Shown: positions 19,114-29,436, numbered from the stretch's first letter. The stretch: DNA of 64,000 nt from an uncultured Gammaproteobacteria bacterium (GCA_963747445.1 CAVVFI010000007.1:56935-120934); one strand, 5' to 3'. Notes: generated by a model from the sequence alone, not told the origin. Program-made: numbers and translations.

Positions 19114-19593
19114 GTGAGCAACACATCCTTCCTGCTGCTGGTCTCGCTATCGTTCGCCGTGTCCCTTCCGGCGATCGCGCACTCCCCACTGGCTGCCGCG
19201 GCGGATTCGGCCAGCATTGCCCAGGACCGGGACCAGGATCGCTCGGTGGACGGGGACCGGGATAGGGACATGGACCAGGACCGTGACCAGCGCAGCGACC
19301 AGGACCGCCTGCAGGACCGGGATCGCGATGGCGTCCAGGTCTACGGGTACGATCTGATGACGCCCGCCGAACGCATCCGCTACCACGCCCAGATGCGCAG
19401 CCTGGCGACCCAGCAGGAACGCGACCGGTTCCGCAAGGAGCACCATGCATTGATGCAAGAGCGCGCCAGGCAACGCGGTGTCAAGATCCCCGACGCGCCG
19501 ATGGAGCCGATGCACCAGCACCCGCAAGCGCCCAGGAACCAGCCGCGCCTGCAGCAGCCAACCCCGCAGGAATCAAGGCGACGCCGCAATTGA
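19114..19593 (+). CDS. Hypothetical exported Gln/Asp/Arg-rich protein
   Basis: GTG after GAGGTGG; signal peptide; QDRD repeats; helical [11 protein letters not shown]...[10 protein letters not shown] segment. Confidence 0.78.
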   Translation: MSNTSFLLLVSLSFAVSLPAIAHSPLAAAADSASIAQDRDQDRSVDGDRDRDMDQDRDQRSDQDRLQDRDRDGVQVYGYDLMTPAERIRYHAQMRSLATQQERDRFRKEHHALMQERARQRGVKIPDAPMEPMHQHPQAPRNQPRLQQPTPQESRRRRN

Positions 19594-19676
19594 GCGGATG
19601 GCTTCCGGAAATACCACCTGCGTCCGCCTTTCCATGGAGCGCGGACGCCCATCCCATTGCATGATGGCCGCCTGGA

Positions 19677-19822
19677 GGATGTACCGGCCCAGATCCCGAT
19701 TCTGCACCTGCTCGTCCAGGTGGGCGTCGACGTAGGCGCGGTCGATGGTGACGGTGTCGCCGTCGCGGTCCGGGCTTCATAGCCGAGTGTGTCCAGCAGG
19801 CGCTCGCAATGAAGGCGCCGTG
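19677..19822 (-). pseudogene. Degenerate duplicate of the hslU 3' end
   Basis: 19677-19806 aligns to 21775-21905 with about 11 mismatches and a 1-bp gap (manual count); weaker homology continues to RRLH. Confidence 0.9.
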
Positions 19823-20061
19823 GCTGGATGGCCAATCCCTTGTCCGCCTTGGGGAGACGTGGCTGCTCGCCCAGGCTCCGCGCGTACCCGCCGCAGGCCG
19901 GCAGTGCACTACCGGACACGGTTGCCGGCGAATTGCCCGGCAGGCCAGCGGATCAATTTTTTAGCGCGCCCGCGCCTCAAGCAGATCAACCGCGTGCGAA
20001 GCCGGGATCGACACGCAACTTCCCATACCGGTCATACTTGAATTGTCTCGGGGGATCATCC

Positions 20062-21750
20062 ATGACAGCCAGCCACCCATTGCGCGAGCAGCCCCTGTTG
20101 ATTGCCGACGAGGCCACGCTCACCCACTACCTGGAAGGCTATCCCCGCGATAGTTTTGCCTCCCTCCGAGGCAGCGAGGGGATCGACGAGCAAGCCTGGG
20201 CGGCACTGGACAGCGACACCACCCAGGAAACCTACGACCGGGCACGACAGCTGGGGTTACCCTTGGTGCGCCTGGGCGCGCTCGGCCCCGACCCCAAGGC
20301 CACCGCCTTGATCACGCCCCAGGTGGCACGCCAGTTCCGCGCCGTGCCACTGCGCGCCAACAACGGTGTGGTCGCGATGGCGATGGAGGATCCGGGCGCC
20401 AGCAATGTCCACGCGATGCTGGATTTCCTCAGCCGCGAGCGTGTCATCGCGATGGTCGCGACGCCGCGCGACATCCGCGAATGCATCGCCCGCTGCTACG
20501 ATCGGGTCGAAGACGGCCAAATGTTGCGGCAGCTCGGGCTTGATCCACTGGCACGCACCGTCGAAGCCTCGGAGGAGGAAGCCCGGCGCCTGGCGGCAGA
20601 AAAGCCCGTGGTCGGCCTGGTGCATGCCCTGATTACCAACGCCGCCGCACGCCGCGCATCGGACATCCATTTGCGGCCGGGTGAGGACGGCACCGATGTC
20701 CTCTACAGGATCGACGATGAAATGATCCCGGTGCGCCATCTCCTGCGCGCCCTGCATCCGGCGGTGGTGAGTCGCATCAAGGTGCTTGCCAACATGAACC
20801 TGGCCGAGCATCGCAAGCCCCAGGATGGCCGCACCACGTTCACCATGCCCGACGGCAGGAATGTCGACTTGCGCATCTCGGTCCTGCCAGCCGTGTTTGG
20901 CGAGAGCGTGGTGGTGCGCCTGCTGGACACGCTGGAGGGGCTGTGGAACCTGGACCAGCTTGGTCTTTCCGACAAGGATCGGCAGCGTATCGATGACGTG
21001 ATGTCCCGCGACCACGGCATGTTCCTGACCACGGGACCGACCGGGTGCGGCAAGTCGACGACGCTGTACGCAATGCTGCTGGAACTGCGCAAGCAGCGCA
21101 TCAACATCCTCACCATCGAGGACCCGGTCGAGTTCCACATCGCCGACCTGCAGCAGATGCAGGTCAATCGCGCGGCTGGCTTCACCTTTGCCACGGCGAT
21201 GCGCAACTTCCTGCGTCACGACCCGGACGTGATCATGGTGGGCGAAATACGTGACGAGGAGACCGCGCAGATCGCAGTGGAGAGCGCGCTTACCGGTCAC
21301 CTCATGCTCAGCACCCTGCACACCAATACCGCGGCCACCACGGTCACGCGGCTGCTCGACCTGGGCGTGGAAGCCTACCTGCTGCGCGCATCGCTGCTGG
21401 CAGTGATGTCGCAGCGGCTGGTGCGGTTGACCTGCGAACATTGCCGCCAGGTCGAAACGGCCGATCCGCACATGCGCGAGGTGCTTGGCGTCGGCGCGGA
21501 TGAAGTCTTCTACTCAGGGGCAGGCTGTCCGCTATGCGAGGGACTCGGCGTGAAACGACGACGCGCGGTCTATGAGTTGATGGTGATATCGCCGCGCTTG
21601 CGCACGCTGATCGTGCGCGACGCCGAAGCGGACAGGATCCACGAGGCAGCGCTCGAGGAAGGCATGGTGCCGCTCACCCAGGCAGCCATCACGTTGGCGC
21701 GTACCGGGGTGATTTCACTTGCCGAAGCATGGCGGGTGCGCGCGGACTGA
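20062..21750 (+). CDS. GspE/PilB-family secretion ATPase (orphan)
   Basis: ASDIH, RIKVLANMNLAEHRKPQDG, Walker A GPTGCGKST, Walker B VIMVGEIRD, two CxxC motifs. Confidence 0.95.
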   Translation: MTASHPLREQPLLIADEATLTHYLEGYPRDSFASLRGSEGIDEQAWAALDSDTTQETYDRARQLGLPLVRLGALGPDPKATALITPQVARQFRAVPLRANNGVVAMAMEDPGASNVHAMLDFLSRERVIAMVATPRDIRECIARCYDRVEDGQMLRQLGLDPLARTVEASEEEARRLAAEKPVVGLVHALITNAAARRASDIHLRPGEDGTDVLYRIDDEMIPVRHLLRALHPAVVSRIKVLANMNLAEHRKPQDGRTTFTMPDGRNVDLRISVLPAVFGESVVVRLLDTLEGLWNLDQLGLSDKDRQRIDDVMSRDHGMFLTTGPTGCGKSTTLYAMLLELRKQRINILTIEDPVEFHIADLQQMQVNRAAGFTFATAMRNFLRHDPDVIMVGEIRDEETAQIAVESALTGHLMLSTLHTNTAATTVTRLLDLGVEAYLLRASLLAVMSQRLVRLTCEHCRQVETADPHMREVLGVGADEVFYSGAGCPLCEGLGVKRRRAVYELMVISPRLRTLIVRDAEADRIHEAALEEGMVPLTQAAITLARTGVISLAEAWRVRAD

Positions 21751-21769
21751 TCGGCGTGGCCAACAGCGA

Positions 21770-23155
21770 TCAAAGGATGTAGCGGCTCAGGTCCGGGTCC
21801 TGCACCAGCTCGCCCAGGTGGGCGTCGACGTAGGCACGGTCGATGGTGACGGTGTCGCCGTCGCGGTCCGGGGCTTCATAGCTGAGCGTGTCCAGCAGGC
21901 GCTCGAGCACCGTATGCAGCCGCCGCGCGCCGATGTTCTCCTGGCGCTCGTTGACGGTGGCGGCGATGTCGGCCAGTCGTTCGATCGCGTCCTTGTCGAA
22001 GGACAGCGTGACGCCCTCGGTCTTCATCAGCTCAAGGTACTGCGTGGTCAGCGCGGCCTTGGGCTCGGTCAGGATGCGAACGAAATCGTCCTTGCTCAGC
22101 GCCGACAACTCGACCCGGATCGGGAACCGGCCCTGCATCTCCGGGATCAGGTCCGAGGGCTTGGCCAGGTGGAACGCGCCCGAGGCGATGAACAGGATGT
22201 GGTCGGTGCGGATGGTGCCGTACTTGGTGCTGACGGTGGAGCCCTCGACCAGCGGCAGCAGGTCGCGCTGCACGCCTTCGCGAGACACGTCCGCGCCCAT
22301 CCCCTCGCTGCGCTTGGCGACCTTGTCGATCTCGTCGATGAAGACGATGCCGTGCTGCTCGCAGGCCTCGATGGCGGCTTCGCGCACGTCGTCCTCGTTG
22401 ACCAGCTTGCCGGCCTCGTCCTCGGTCAGCTGCGGACGCGCAGCGGAAATCTTCATGCGCTTGCGCTGGGTCTTGTTGCCGCCGACCTGGGAAAACATCT
22501 GCCGCAGCTGCTGGCCCATCTCCTCCATGCCAGGCGGCGTCATGATGTCGACCCCGGCGTTCTGGGCCAGGTCGATTTCGATCTCGCGGTCGTCGAGTTC
22601 GCCGGCACGCAATTGCCGGCGCAGCTTGATGCGGGTGTCCGAGTCCTGCTGCGCGGACGGCTCGTTGGCGATGTCCTGCGCGCTGGGGTTGAAGCCGAAC
22701 CCGCTGCCGCCGCCGGTGCGCCTTGGCAGCAGCGCATCGAGGATGCGCTCCTCGGCGTTTTCCTCGGCCCGGGTGCGCACGTGCTGCTTGGCCTGCTCGC
22801 GATAGAGCTTGACCGCCGTGTCGGCCAGGTCGCGGATGATCTGCTCGACATCCTTGCCGACGTAGCCGACCTCGGTGAAGCGCGTGGCTTCGACCTTGAC
22901 GAAGGGCGCATTGGCCAGGGTCGCCAACCGGCGCGCGATCTCGGTCTTGCCGACGCCAGTGGGGCCGATCATCAGGATGTTCTTGGGCATGACCTCGTTG
23001 CGCAGCTCGGGCGCCAGCTGCATCCGGCGCCAGCGGTTGCGCAGCGCGATCGCGACCGCGCGCTTGGCGTCGGCCTGGCCGATGATGTGCTTGTCGAGCT
23101 CCTGCACGATTTCGCGCGGGGTCATGGAAGCGGACGTGTTTTCGAGTTTCTGCAT
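21770..23155 (-). CDS. hslU: ATP-dependent protease ATPase subunit HslU
   Basis: [33 protein letters not shown]; ends YIL. Confidence 0.99.
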   Translation of the reverse strand: MQKLENTSASMTPREIVQELDKHIIGQADAKRAVAIALRNRWRRMQLAPELRNEVMPKNILMIGPTGVGKTEIARRLATLANAPFVKVEATRFTEVGYVGKDVEQIIRDLADTAVKLYREQAKQHVRTRAEENAEERILDALLPRRTGGGSGFGFNPSAQDIANEPSAQQDSDTRIKLRRQLRAGELDDREIEIDLAQNAGVDIMTPPGMEEMGQQLRQMFSQVGGNKTQRKRMKISAARPQLTEDEAGKLVNEDDVREAAIEACEQHGIVFIDEIDKVAKRSEGMGADVSREGVQRDLLPLVEGSTVSTKYGTIRTDHILFIASGAFHLAKPSDLIPEMQGRFPIRVELSALSKDDFVRILTEPKAALTTQYLELMKTEGVTLSFDKDAIERLADIAATVNERQENIGARRLHTVLERLLDTLSYEAPDRDGDTVTIDRAYVDAHLGELVQDPDLSRYIL

Positions 23156-23173
23156 GGAATCGTTTCTTCGAGA

Positions 23174-23244
23174 CGGGCTGTTGTATGCGGGCTGTTGTAT
23201 GCGGGATGTTGAATTCGGGATGTTGAATGCCGGGCTGTTGTAGG
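23174..23244. repeat. 14-bp tandem repeat (CGGGCTGTTGTATG / CGGGATGTTGAAT[T/G]) x5
   Basis: Read directly; last unit merges into the TGTAGG start of the adjacent REP. Confidence 0.85.
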
Positions 23245-23397
23245 AGCGGCTTCAGCCGCGAGCTCTTGATTTTGATTTTGACGTTTTGTAGGAGCGACGT
23301 AAGTCGCGATCAGTCGCTCCGCCTGCTTTGTTATCGCGACTTACGTCGCTCCTACAAGAGCCAACATCAAGCGCTCGCGGCTGAAGCCGCTCCTACA
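23239..23397. repeat. Nested four-REP cassette (BIME-like, GTAG family) between hslV and hslU
   Basis: TGTAGGAGCGGCTTCAGCCGCGA ... TGTAGGAGCGACGTAAGTCGCGA ... TCGCGACTTACGTCGCTCCTACA ... TCGCGGCTGAAGCCGCTCCTACA. Confidence 0.93.
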
Positions 23398-23411
23398 GGG
23401 CTCTGCAGCGG

Positions 23412-23963
23412 TCAAAGCTCCTCGACCACCACGTTGCGGTTGGTGTAGATGCAGACATCGCCGGCGATGTGCAAGGCTTCGGTTGCGACGGTCCTCGCAT
23501 CGAGCTGCGTATGCGCCAGCAACGCACGTGCGGCGGACAGGGCATACGGTCCACCAGAGCCGATCGCCACCAGCCCGTCCTCCGGCTCGATCACGTCTCC
23601 GGTCCCGGAGATGATCAGCGAGGTTTCCTTGTCGGCGACCGCCAGCAGGGCTTCAAGCTTCCCGAGACGGCGCTCGGTGCGCCAGTCCTTGGCCAGCTCG
23701 ACCGCGGCCCGGATCAGCTGGCCGTGCTTCTCGAGCTTGGCCTCGAACAGTTCGAACAGCGTGAACGCATCGGCGGCGGCTCCTGCAAAACCGGCCACGA
23801 CCTGGTTGTCGCGGCCAAGGCGGCGCACCTTGCAGGCGTTGGACTTCATCACCGTATTGCCCAGGGTGACCTGGCCGTCGCCGGCGACCGCGACGCGGCC
23901 GTTGCGGCGCACGGACACGATGGTGGTGGCGTGGAAGGTGTTGGGGTTCTGGCTGGGATCCAT
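23412..23963 (-). CDS. hslV: ATP-dependent protease peptidase subunit HslV
   Basis: [10 protein letters not shown] (catalytic Thr), GDGQVT and GSGG motifs. Confidence 0.99.
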   Translation of the reverse strand: MDPSQNPNTFHATTIVSVRRNGRVAVAGDGQVTLGNTVMKSNACKVRRLGRDNQVVAGFAGAAADAFTLFELFEAKLEKHGQLIRAAVELAKDWRTERRLGKLEALLAVADKETSLIISGTGDVIEPEDGLVAIGSGGPYALSAARALLAHTQLDARTVATEALHIAGDVCIYTNRNVVVEEL

Positions 23964-23991
23964 GCGGACCTCCGTGGAAGCTGTCCTTCGG

Positions 23992-24019
23992 AGGTGGGGG
24001 CGATCCGGCGCGTCGCAAG
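23992..24019 (-). promoter_or_regulatory. Putative sigma-32 promoter of hslVU
   Basis: Minus strand CTTGCG-N14-CCCCACCT, resembling CTTGAA-N13/14-CCCCATNT; fits a heat-shock operon. Confidence 0.5.
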
Positions 24020-24034
24020 GGCGGCCGCCGCCGT

Positions 24035-24199
24035 TGCAGGAGCGGCTTCAGCCGCCAGCTATTGATCCCGGCCTTGGTTTTTTTGTAGGAGCGACGTAAG
24101 TCGCGATAGCAAAGCAGGCGGAGCTTCTGATCGCGACTTACGTCGCTCCTACAAAACCAAAGCCAAAGCGAAGAGCTCGCGGCTGAAGCCGCTCCTACA
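24035..24199. repeat. Second nested four-REP cassette, inverted relative to 23239-23397
   Basis: Same REP units; central spacer gatagcaaagcaggcggagcttctgatc is the near reverse complement of the first cassette's spacer. Confidence 0.93.
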
Positions 24200-24220
24200 A
24201 GAACAAATGCGAAAAAGCCG

Positions 24221-25099
24221 CTAAGAAGAGCTGCCTGGCTTGCGCTTGGCACGCGGATGCGCGGCGTCGTAGACCTTGGCCAGGTGCTGGAAGTCCAGGT
24301 GGGTATAGATCTGGGTCGTTGCGATGTCGGCATGTCCCAGCAACTCCTGCACGCCGCGCAGGTCGCCGGACGATTCCAGCACGTGGCTGGCAAAGCTGTG
24401 CCGCAACAGATGCGGGTGCACACGCTTGAACAGGCCTTGGCGCTGGGCGAGCTTGCGCATGCGCAGTTGCACGGCGCGCGGGGTGATCGGGCCGTTACGC
24501 CCCGGGAAAACAGGATCCTTCTCGCCAGCGCTGCCGTCCTTTCGCCATGCCTGCAGCGCATTGCGCGCATGCGACCCCACCGGCACCGTCCGCTGCTTGC
24601 CGCCCTTGCCCAACACCGTGACCAGCCCGCCGTCCAGGTCGAGGTCGCGCCAGCACAGTGCGCACAGTTCACTCAGCCGCAGGCCCGAGGAGTAAAACAG
24701 CTCCAGCAATGCGCGATCACGCAATCCAAGCGGTGCATCGGTGGGCACTTCGACAAGTGCCTTGGCCTCGTCGGGATCGAGCACTTGCGGCAGCTTTCGC
24801 GGCGCCTTGGGCGCGCGAATGCCTTCGGCAGGACTGGCCTTGATGCGACCGTGCCTGAGCAGCCAGCGATAGAAGCTTCGGCAGGCGGACAGCCGGCGTT
24901 GCAGGCTCTTGGCAGCAAGCCCGCGACGGTGCTCGGCGGCGATGAAGCCACGCAGGTCTTCGGTCTTGAGGTCGATGAGGTCGCGGCCTTGCGCCTGCGC
25001 CCAATCCGACAAGGTGGACAGGTCGCGACGATAGGCGTCCAGGGTGTGTGCCGACATGCGGCGCTCGACCTGCAGGTGGGAGAGGAAGTCGTCGATCAC
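24221..25099 (-). CDS. xerC: Tyrosine recombinase XerC
   Basis: [35 protein letters not shown] and TTQIY motifs; dapF-DUF484-xerC context. Confidence 0.97.
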   Translation of the reverse strand: MIDDFLSHLQVERRMSAHTLDAYRRDLSTLSDWAQAQGRDLIDLKTEDLRGFIAAEHRRGLAAKSLQRRLSACRSFYRWLLRHGRIKASPAEGIRAPKAPRKLPQVLDPDEAKALVEVPTDAPLGLRDRALLELFYSSGLRLSELCALCWRDLDLDGGLVTVLGKGGKQRTVPVGSHARNALQAWRKDGSAGEKDPVFPGRNGPITPRAVQLRMRKLAQRQGLFKRVHPHLLRHSFASHVLESSGDLRGVQELLGHADIATTQIYTHLDFQHLAKVYDAAHPRAKRKPGSSS

Positions 25100-25208
25100 G
25101 ACGGCTGCCCCTTGCCCGTCGTTCGCGCCCAGGTGGGCGTGCCCGGGGCATGCCGATCATCGCTCATCGTGTCCAGGTCAATGGACGCCAGGCCTGAAGT
25201 CCAGGACG

Positions 25209-25237
25209 CTGGATTCCCGCTTGCGCGGGAAGGACGG
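25209..25237. repeat. CGTC-type REP (single)
   Basis: ctggattcccgcttgcgcgggaaggacg palindrome. Confidence 0.75.
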
Positions 25238-25258
25238 GCAAAAGCAGGGGGCCGTCGA

Positions 25259-25954
25259 TCAGCCATCGAACCTTTGCAAGGCCGTCGCCAACGACTCGCC
25301 CATCATCCGCAGGAACAGCGTGCCCATGCCGGGATAGAAGCGGTTGGGTTCGCGACTGCCGATCGCGATCACGCCGCGACCAGGCATCGGCAGCAATGCG
25401 CTGGACTGCACCTCGTCGACGCGGTCCCCGTACAGCAGTGCATTCTTTTCCGGCTGCAGGCGACCACACAGCGGCTCGCCATCGGCCAGGCAGTCGCGGA
25501 ACGGGACCAGCCTGTCGTCGCCTTCGGCGATGACCTGCAACCAGTCGTCCGCGGCCATGCCGTCGATCGGTTCCAGCAGCACCACTCGCACCAGGTCGCC
25601 CTGGAAATCCTCGGCCAGTGACGCGGCCATCGCGCGCACCGTGTCCGCGGCGCTGTCCTGCTTGAGCAACGCCAGGGTCAGCTGATGGGTGCGCACGGCC
25701 AGGCGCTCGTTGTCCTGCGCGTTGCCGAACAACTCGTGCAGCCGCCGCGTCAGCTCGCGGTTCTTGTCGCGCAACACCTCCAGCTGGTAGCTGGCCAGCG
25801 AGGCGGCCGGACCGTCATCACGCGGCACCACCATGCTGATCGCCAGGTCGGGGAACTGCTGCAGGAACTTCGGGTGCCGCCGCAGGAAGGCCGCGACCTC
25901 GTGCGTACCGAGCTTTTCGCCGTGGGTATCGCTGTCGCCCAGTTTGCTGCTCAC
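25259..25954 (-). CDS. DUF484 (YigA-like) family protein
   Basis: [19 protein letters not shown] and GMGTLFL motifs; between dapF and xerC. Confidence 0.93.
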   Translation of the reverse strand: MSSKLGDSDTHGEKLGTHEVAAFLRRHPKFLQQFPDLAISMVVPRDDGPAASLASYQLEVLRDKNRELTRRLHELFGNAQDNERLAVRTHQLTLALLKQDSAADTVRAMAASLAEDFQGDLVRVVLLEPIDGMAADDWLQVIAEGDDRLVPFRDCLADGEPLCGRLQPEKNALLYGDRVDEVQSSALLPMPGRGVIAIGSREPNRFYPGMGTLFLRMMGESLATALQRFDG

Positions 25955-26811
25955 GCTGGAAATTCTCCTTCAAAGACAAATGCCGCCGGCCCGGCCATTG
26001 TGATCGGCTCGTGGTCGGCTTGCCAGCCGATCTGCAGCTCGCCGCCCGGCAGCGCCATCGTGACCTGGCGATCGACGCGCCCGCGCCGGACCAGGATGGC
26101 AGCGGCCGCACAAGCCCCGCTGCCGCAGGCGAGGGTTTCGCCGGCACCGCGCTCGTGGACGCGCAACTCGACGCGATCGCGTGCGCTGACGTGGGCGAAG
26201 CCGACGTTGACCGAATCGGGGAACGCCGGGCTTGCCTGCAGCGCCGCCCCCAGTCGGGCAACCGGGGCAAGCGCGATATCGTCGACCTCGACCAATGCAT
26301 GGGGGTTGCCCATCGACACCGCACCGCAACGGATCGCGCATCCGTCCGCATCGATCGTGTATTCATCCTGGGCGGCGTCGAAACCCGCCAACGGGATCGC
26401 GCGCGGCGCGAACTCGGGCACGCCCATGGCAATCCGGTAGCGACCGTCCGCCAGGCAGGCGACCCAGTGGCTGCCCCCGGGGCTGTCCACGACGAACTCC
26501 CTGCCGGCCACGGCGCCATCGCGCACCAGCCAGGCCGCGATGCAACGTGCTCCGTTGCCGCACTGCCCCGCCGCGCTGCCATCGGCATTCCAGATGCGAT
26601 AGGCGGCGATCGAGCCAGGCACGCGCGGCGGCTCGATGGTCAGTATCTGGTCGCAGCCGATGCCGGTATGGCGATCGGCCAAGGCCCGGCAGCGTGATGG
26701 CACCGGTGGCAATCCGCCATCACGCAGGTCCAGCACGACGAAGTCGTTGCCGGCGCCGTGCATCTTGGTGAAGCGCAGCGACGCAGGTGCCGGAAGCGGC
26801 GCTTCGGTCAT
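25951..26811 (-). CDS. dapF: Diaminopimelate epimerase
   Basis: [23 protein letters not shown] and GETLACGSG motifs. Confidence 0.98.
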   Translation of the reverse strand: MTEAPLPAPASLRFTKMHGAGNDFVVLDLRDGGLPPVPSRCRALADRHTGIGCDQILTIEPPRVPGSIAAYRIWNADGSAAGQCGNGARCIAAWLVRDGAVAGREFVVDSPGGSHWVACLADGRYRIAMGVPEFAPRAIPLAGFDAAQDEYTIDADGCAIRCGAVSMGNPHALVEVDDIALAPVARLGAALQASPAFPDSVNVGFAHVSARDRVELRVHERGAGETLACGSGACAAAAILVRRGRVDRQVTMALPGGELQIGWQADHEPITMAGPAAFVFEGEFPA

Positions 26812-26814
26812 GGC

Positions 26815-27051
26815 TCAGTCGTTGCCGGCGGCGTCGCCATCGTCCGCAGGTGGCGGAAGCGCTTCGTCCGATGACACCGGCGCTGCCGGCTCGGCGACCG
26901 GTTCCACCGGCGTGGCGTCTTGCGGCGCCGCCTCCTCCGGTGTCTGGGTCTCCGGAATCTGGGATGGTTTGACCAGTGGACCCTTGTTGCCGCAGGCGGC
27001 CAGGGTGGCCAGCAGTGCGGCGGCGATCAACGTGCGCGTGATGGGATTCAT
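26815..27051 (-). CDS. Small lipoprotein, LppL/LptM (YifL) family
   Basis: LAACGNKGPL lipobox and signature; immediately upstream of dapF. Confidence 0.88.
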   Translation of the reverse strand: MNPITRTLIAAALLATLAACGNKGPLVKPSQIPETQTPEEAAPQDATPVEPVAEPAAPVSSDEALPPPADDGDAAGND

Positions 27052-27070
27052 CGGTCGAGTATAGCCCCGC

Positions 27071-29176
27071 TCAGGGGCCGGCTGCCGGTGCATCGACGCC
27101 GAGCTGGTCGAGCAGGAAGGCATACATCTCGGCCAGTTCGCGGTAGCGCCGGAAGCGCCCGGACTTGCCCCCGTGCCCGGCATCCATGTTGGTCCGCATC
27201 AGCACCGGATGGGACGACGTGTCCAGGTCGCGCAGGCGCGCCACGTATTTGGCTGGCTCCCAGTACTGCACCTGCGAGTCCCACAGCCCGGTACCGATGA
27301 ACATCGCCGGATACGCTTGCGCCACGAGGTTGTCGTAGGGCGAGTAGGACAGCATGTAGTCGTAGTACTGCTCCTGCTCCGGATTGCCCCACTCGTCGTA
27401 CTCGTTGGTGGTCAGCGGGATGCTGGCATCGAGCATGGTGGTGACCACGTCGACGAATGGCACCTGCGACAGGATCACGCGGTAAGTGTCGGGCGCCATG
27501 TTGGCGATCGCGCCCATCAGCAAGCCGCCGGCACTGCCGCCGAAGGCACCGACGCGATCGGGCGCGGCATAGCCCTGCTCGACAAGGAACCGTGTGACGT
27601 CGATGAAATCGTTGAACGTGTTCTGCTTGTGCAGCAGCTTGCCCTCGTCGTACCAGGCGCGACCCATCTCCTGGCCGCCGCGGATGTGCGCGATGGCATA
27701 GACCATGCCGCGATCGAGCAGGCTGACGATCGGGCCATTGAAGGCCGGATCCATCGACAAGCCGTAGCTGCCGTAGGCGTACTGCAGCAACGCTGCAGTG
27801 CCATCACGCCTGAAACCTTTCCGGTAGACGATGGAAACCGGCACCTTGGTGCCGTCGCGCGCGGTGGCCCACTGGCGCTCGGTGACGTACTTGTCCGGGT
27901 CGTAGCCCAGCACCGGTTCGCGCTTGAGCAGCTTGCGCTCTCCGGTCTGCGTATCGACTTCGTAAGTGGTGCCCGGGGTGGTCAGCGAGGTGTAGCTGTA
28001 ACGCAGCCAGGATGTATCGGGCTCGCTGTTGATCGACAGGCCGATCGAATACGCGGGCTCGTCGACCTCGACGAATGCATCATCGCTACCGTCGCGCAGC
28101 AGCCGGATGCGCTCCAGGCCGCCGGAACGCTCCTCGACAGCAGTGAAGTCGTCGAACAATTCGAAACCTTCGATGTAGACGTCGTCGCGGACCGGGACCC
28201 ATTCACGCCACTGTTCGCGCGACGTGGCGTCGTCGGCTGCGGTCACCAGCTTGAAGTTGGATGCCGGCTTGCCGTCGGCACCGGGGGCGTTGGTGCGGAT
28301 GACCCAGCGGTCGCCGAGGTGGTCGGCGTCGTATTCGACATCGCGTTCGCGTGGCGCCAGGACGGTGAACGCTTGCGGGTCTGCAGCAGGCGCGAAGCGC
28401 ATCTCACTGGTGACGGTGCTCTCCACGCCGATGCAGATGTACCTGTCGTCCCGGGTGCGCTCGATGCCCATGTAGAAGCTGTCGTCGTGCTCCTCGTAGA
28501 CCAGCACGTCATCGGCCACGGGCGTGCCCAGGACGTGCTTCCTGACCCGCACCGTAAGCAGCGTGTCGGGATCGTTTTCGACGTAGAACAGCGTCCGGTC
28601 GTCGTCGGCCCAGACCAGGTTGGCGGCGACGCCGGTGATCGTGTCGGGATGGAGCTCGCCGGTGGCCAGGTCGCGGAACCGGATGGTGTATTGCCGCCGC
28701 CCGACGGCATCTTCGGCCCAGGCCAGTTGCGTGTTGTCCTGGCTGATCGCGTAATCGCCGACGCTGAAATAGTCCTTGCCTGCCGCCATCGCGTTGACGT
28801 CGAGCAGGACTTCCTCCGTCGCCCGCATATCGCCTTTGCGGCGCGCATGGATCGGATAGTCCTGGCCGGTTTCGTAACGCGCGTAATACCAGTAGCCGCG
28901 CTCGCGATAAGGCACCGAACTGTCGTCCTGCTTGATGCGCGCGACGATCTCTTCGTAAAGCTGGTCCTGCAACGGCTTGAGCGGTGCCATGAATGCGTCG
29001 GCGTAGGCATTCTCAGCCGAGAGGTACGCCAGCACCTCCGGCGCCTTCCGGGTGTCGTCGCGCAGCCAGTAGTACTCGTCGGTGCGGCTGGCGCCGAAGG
29101 GGGCGCTGACTTCGTGCGCTCTCTTCGCGGCGTCCGGCGGTGCTGGCAGGTCGATGGGTTGGGACTTTTCGGTCAT
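27071..29176 (-). CDS. ptrB: Oligopeptidase B (S9A, PtrB-like)
   Basis: RTDEYYWLRD, GGSAGG, DSQVQYWEPAK and AGHGG motifs; start MTEKSQ at 29176. Confidence 0.92.
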   Translation of the reverse strand: MTEKSQPIDLPAPPDAAKRAHEVSAPFGASRTDEYYWLRDDTRKAPEVLAYLSAENAYADAFMAPLKPLQDQLYEEIVARIKQDDSSVPYRERGYWYYARYETGQDYPIHARRKGDMRATEEVLLDVNAMAAGKDYFSVGDYAISQDNTQLAWAEDAVGRRQYTIRFRDLATGELHPDTITGVAANLVWADDDRTLFYVENDPDTLLTVRVRKHVLGTPVADDVLVYEEHDDSFYMGIERTRDDRYICIGVESTVTSEMRFAPAADPQAFTVLAPRERDVEYDADHLGDRWVIRTNAPGADGKPASNFKLVTAADDATSREQWREWVPVRDDVYIEGFELFDDFTAVEERSGGLERIRLLRDGSDDAFVEVDEPAYSIGLSINSEPDTSWLRYSYTSLTTPGTTYEVDTQTGERKLLKREPVLGYDPDKYVTERQWATARDGTKVPVSIVYRKGFRRDGTAALLQYAYGSYGLSMDPAFNGPIVSLLDRGMVYAIAHIRGGQEMGRAWYDEGKLLHKQNTFNDFIDVTRFLVEQGYAAPDRVGAFGGSAGGLLMGAIANMAPDTYRVILSQVPFVDVVTTMLDASIPLTTNEYDEWGNPEQEQYYDYMLSYSPYDNLVAQAYPAMFIGTGLWDSQVQYWEPAKYVARLRDLDTSSHPVLMRTNMDAGHGGKSGRFRRYRELAEMYAFLLDQLGVDAPAAGP

Positions 29177-29298
29177 CGGATGGTGGGGGCCGTCATGGAG
29201 GTGGGATGTTCTGGATCCGGGGGCAGGATCTTGGGTAGCTGCTTCTCGATGCATCCATTCTAGGAGCATCCGCCTGTTGCCGCGGCACACCCGGCGTT

Positions 29299-29370
29299 GT
29301 CGTTCCGGCGAAAGCCGGAACCCATCTTGATCCTGAAGACACTGGGTCCCTGCTTTCGCAGGGATGACGG
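29299..29370. repeat. CGTC-type REP doublet
   Basis: gtcgttccggcgaaagccggaaccca ... tgggtccctgctttcgcagggatgacgg. Confidence 0.8.
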
Positions 29371-29436
29371 CAAGGCGATTGGACAACGCCAAGCCTGGCG
29401 ATGGATGGATCAAGGCGCCACAAACCAAGCTACAAG

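Noticed and set aside
24221-25099. Tyrosine recombinase as the integrase of the hslU-linked insertion
   Set aside because: Sequence and dapF-DUF484-xerC-hslV context identify the housekeeping XerC.
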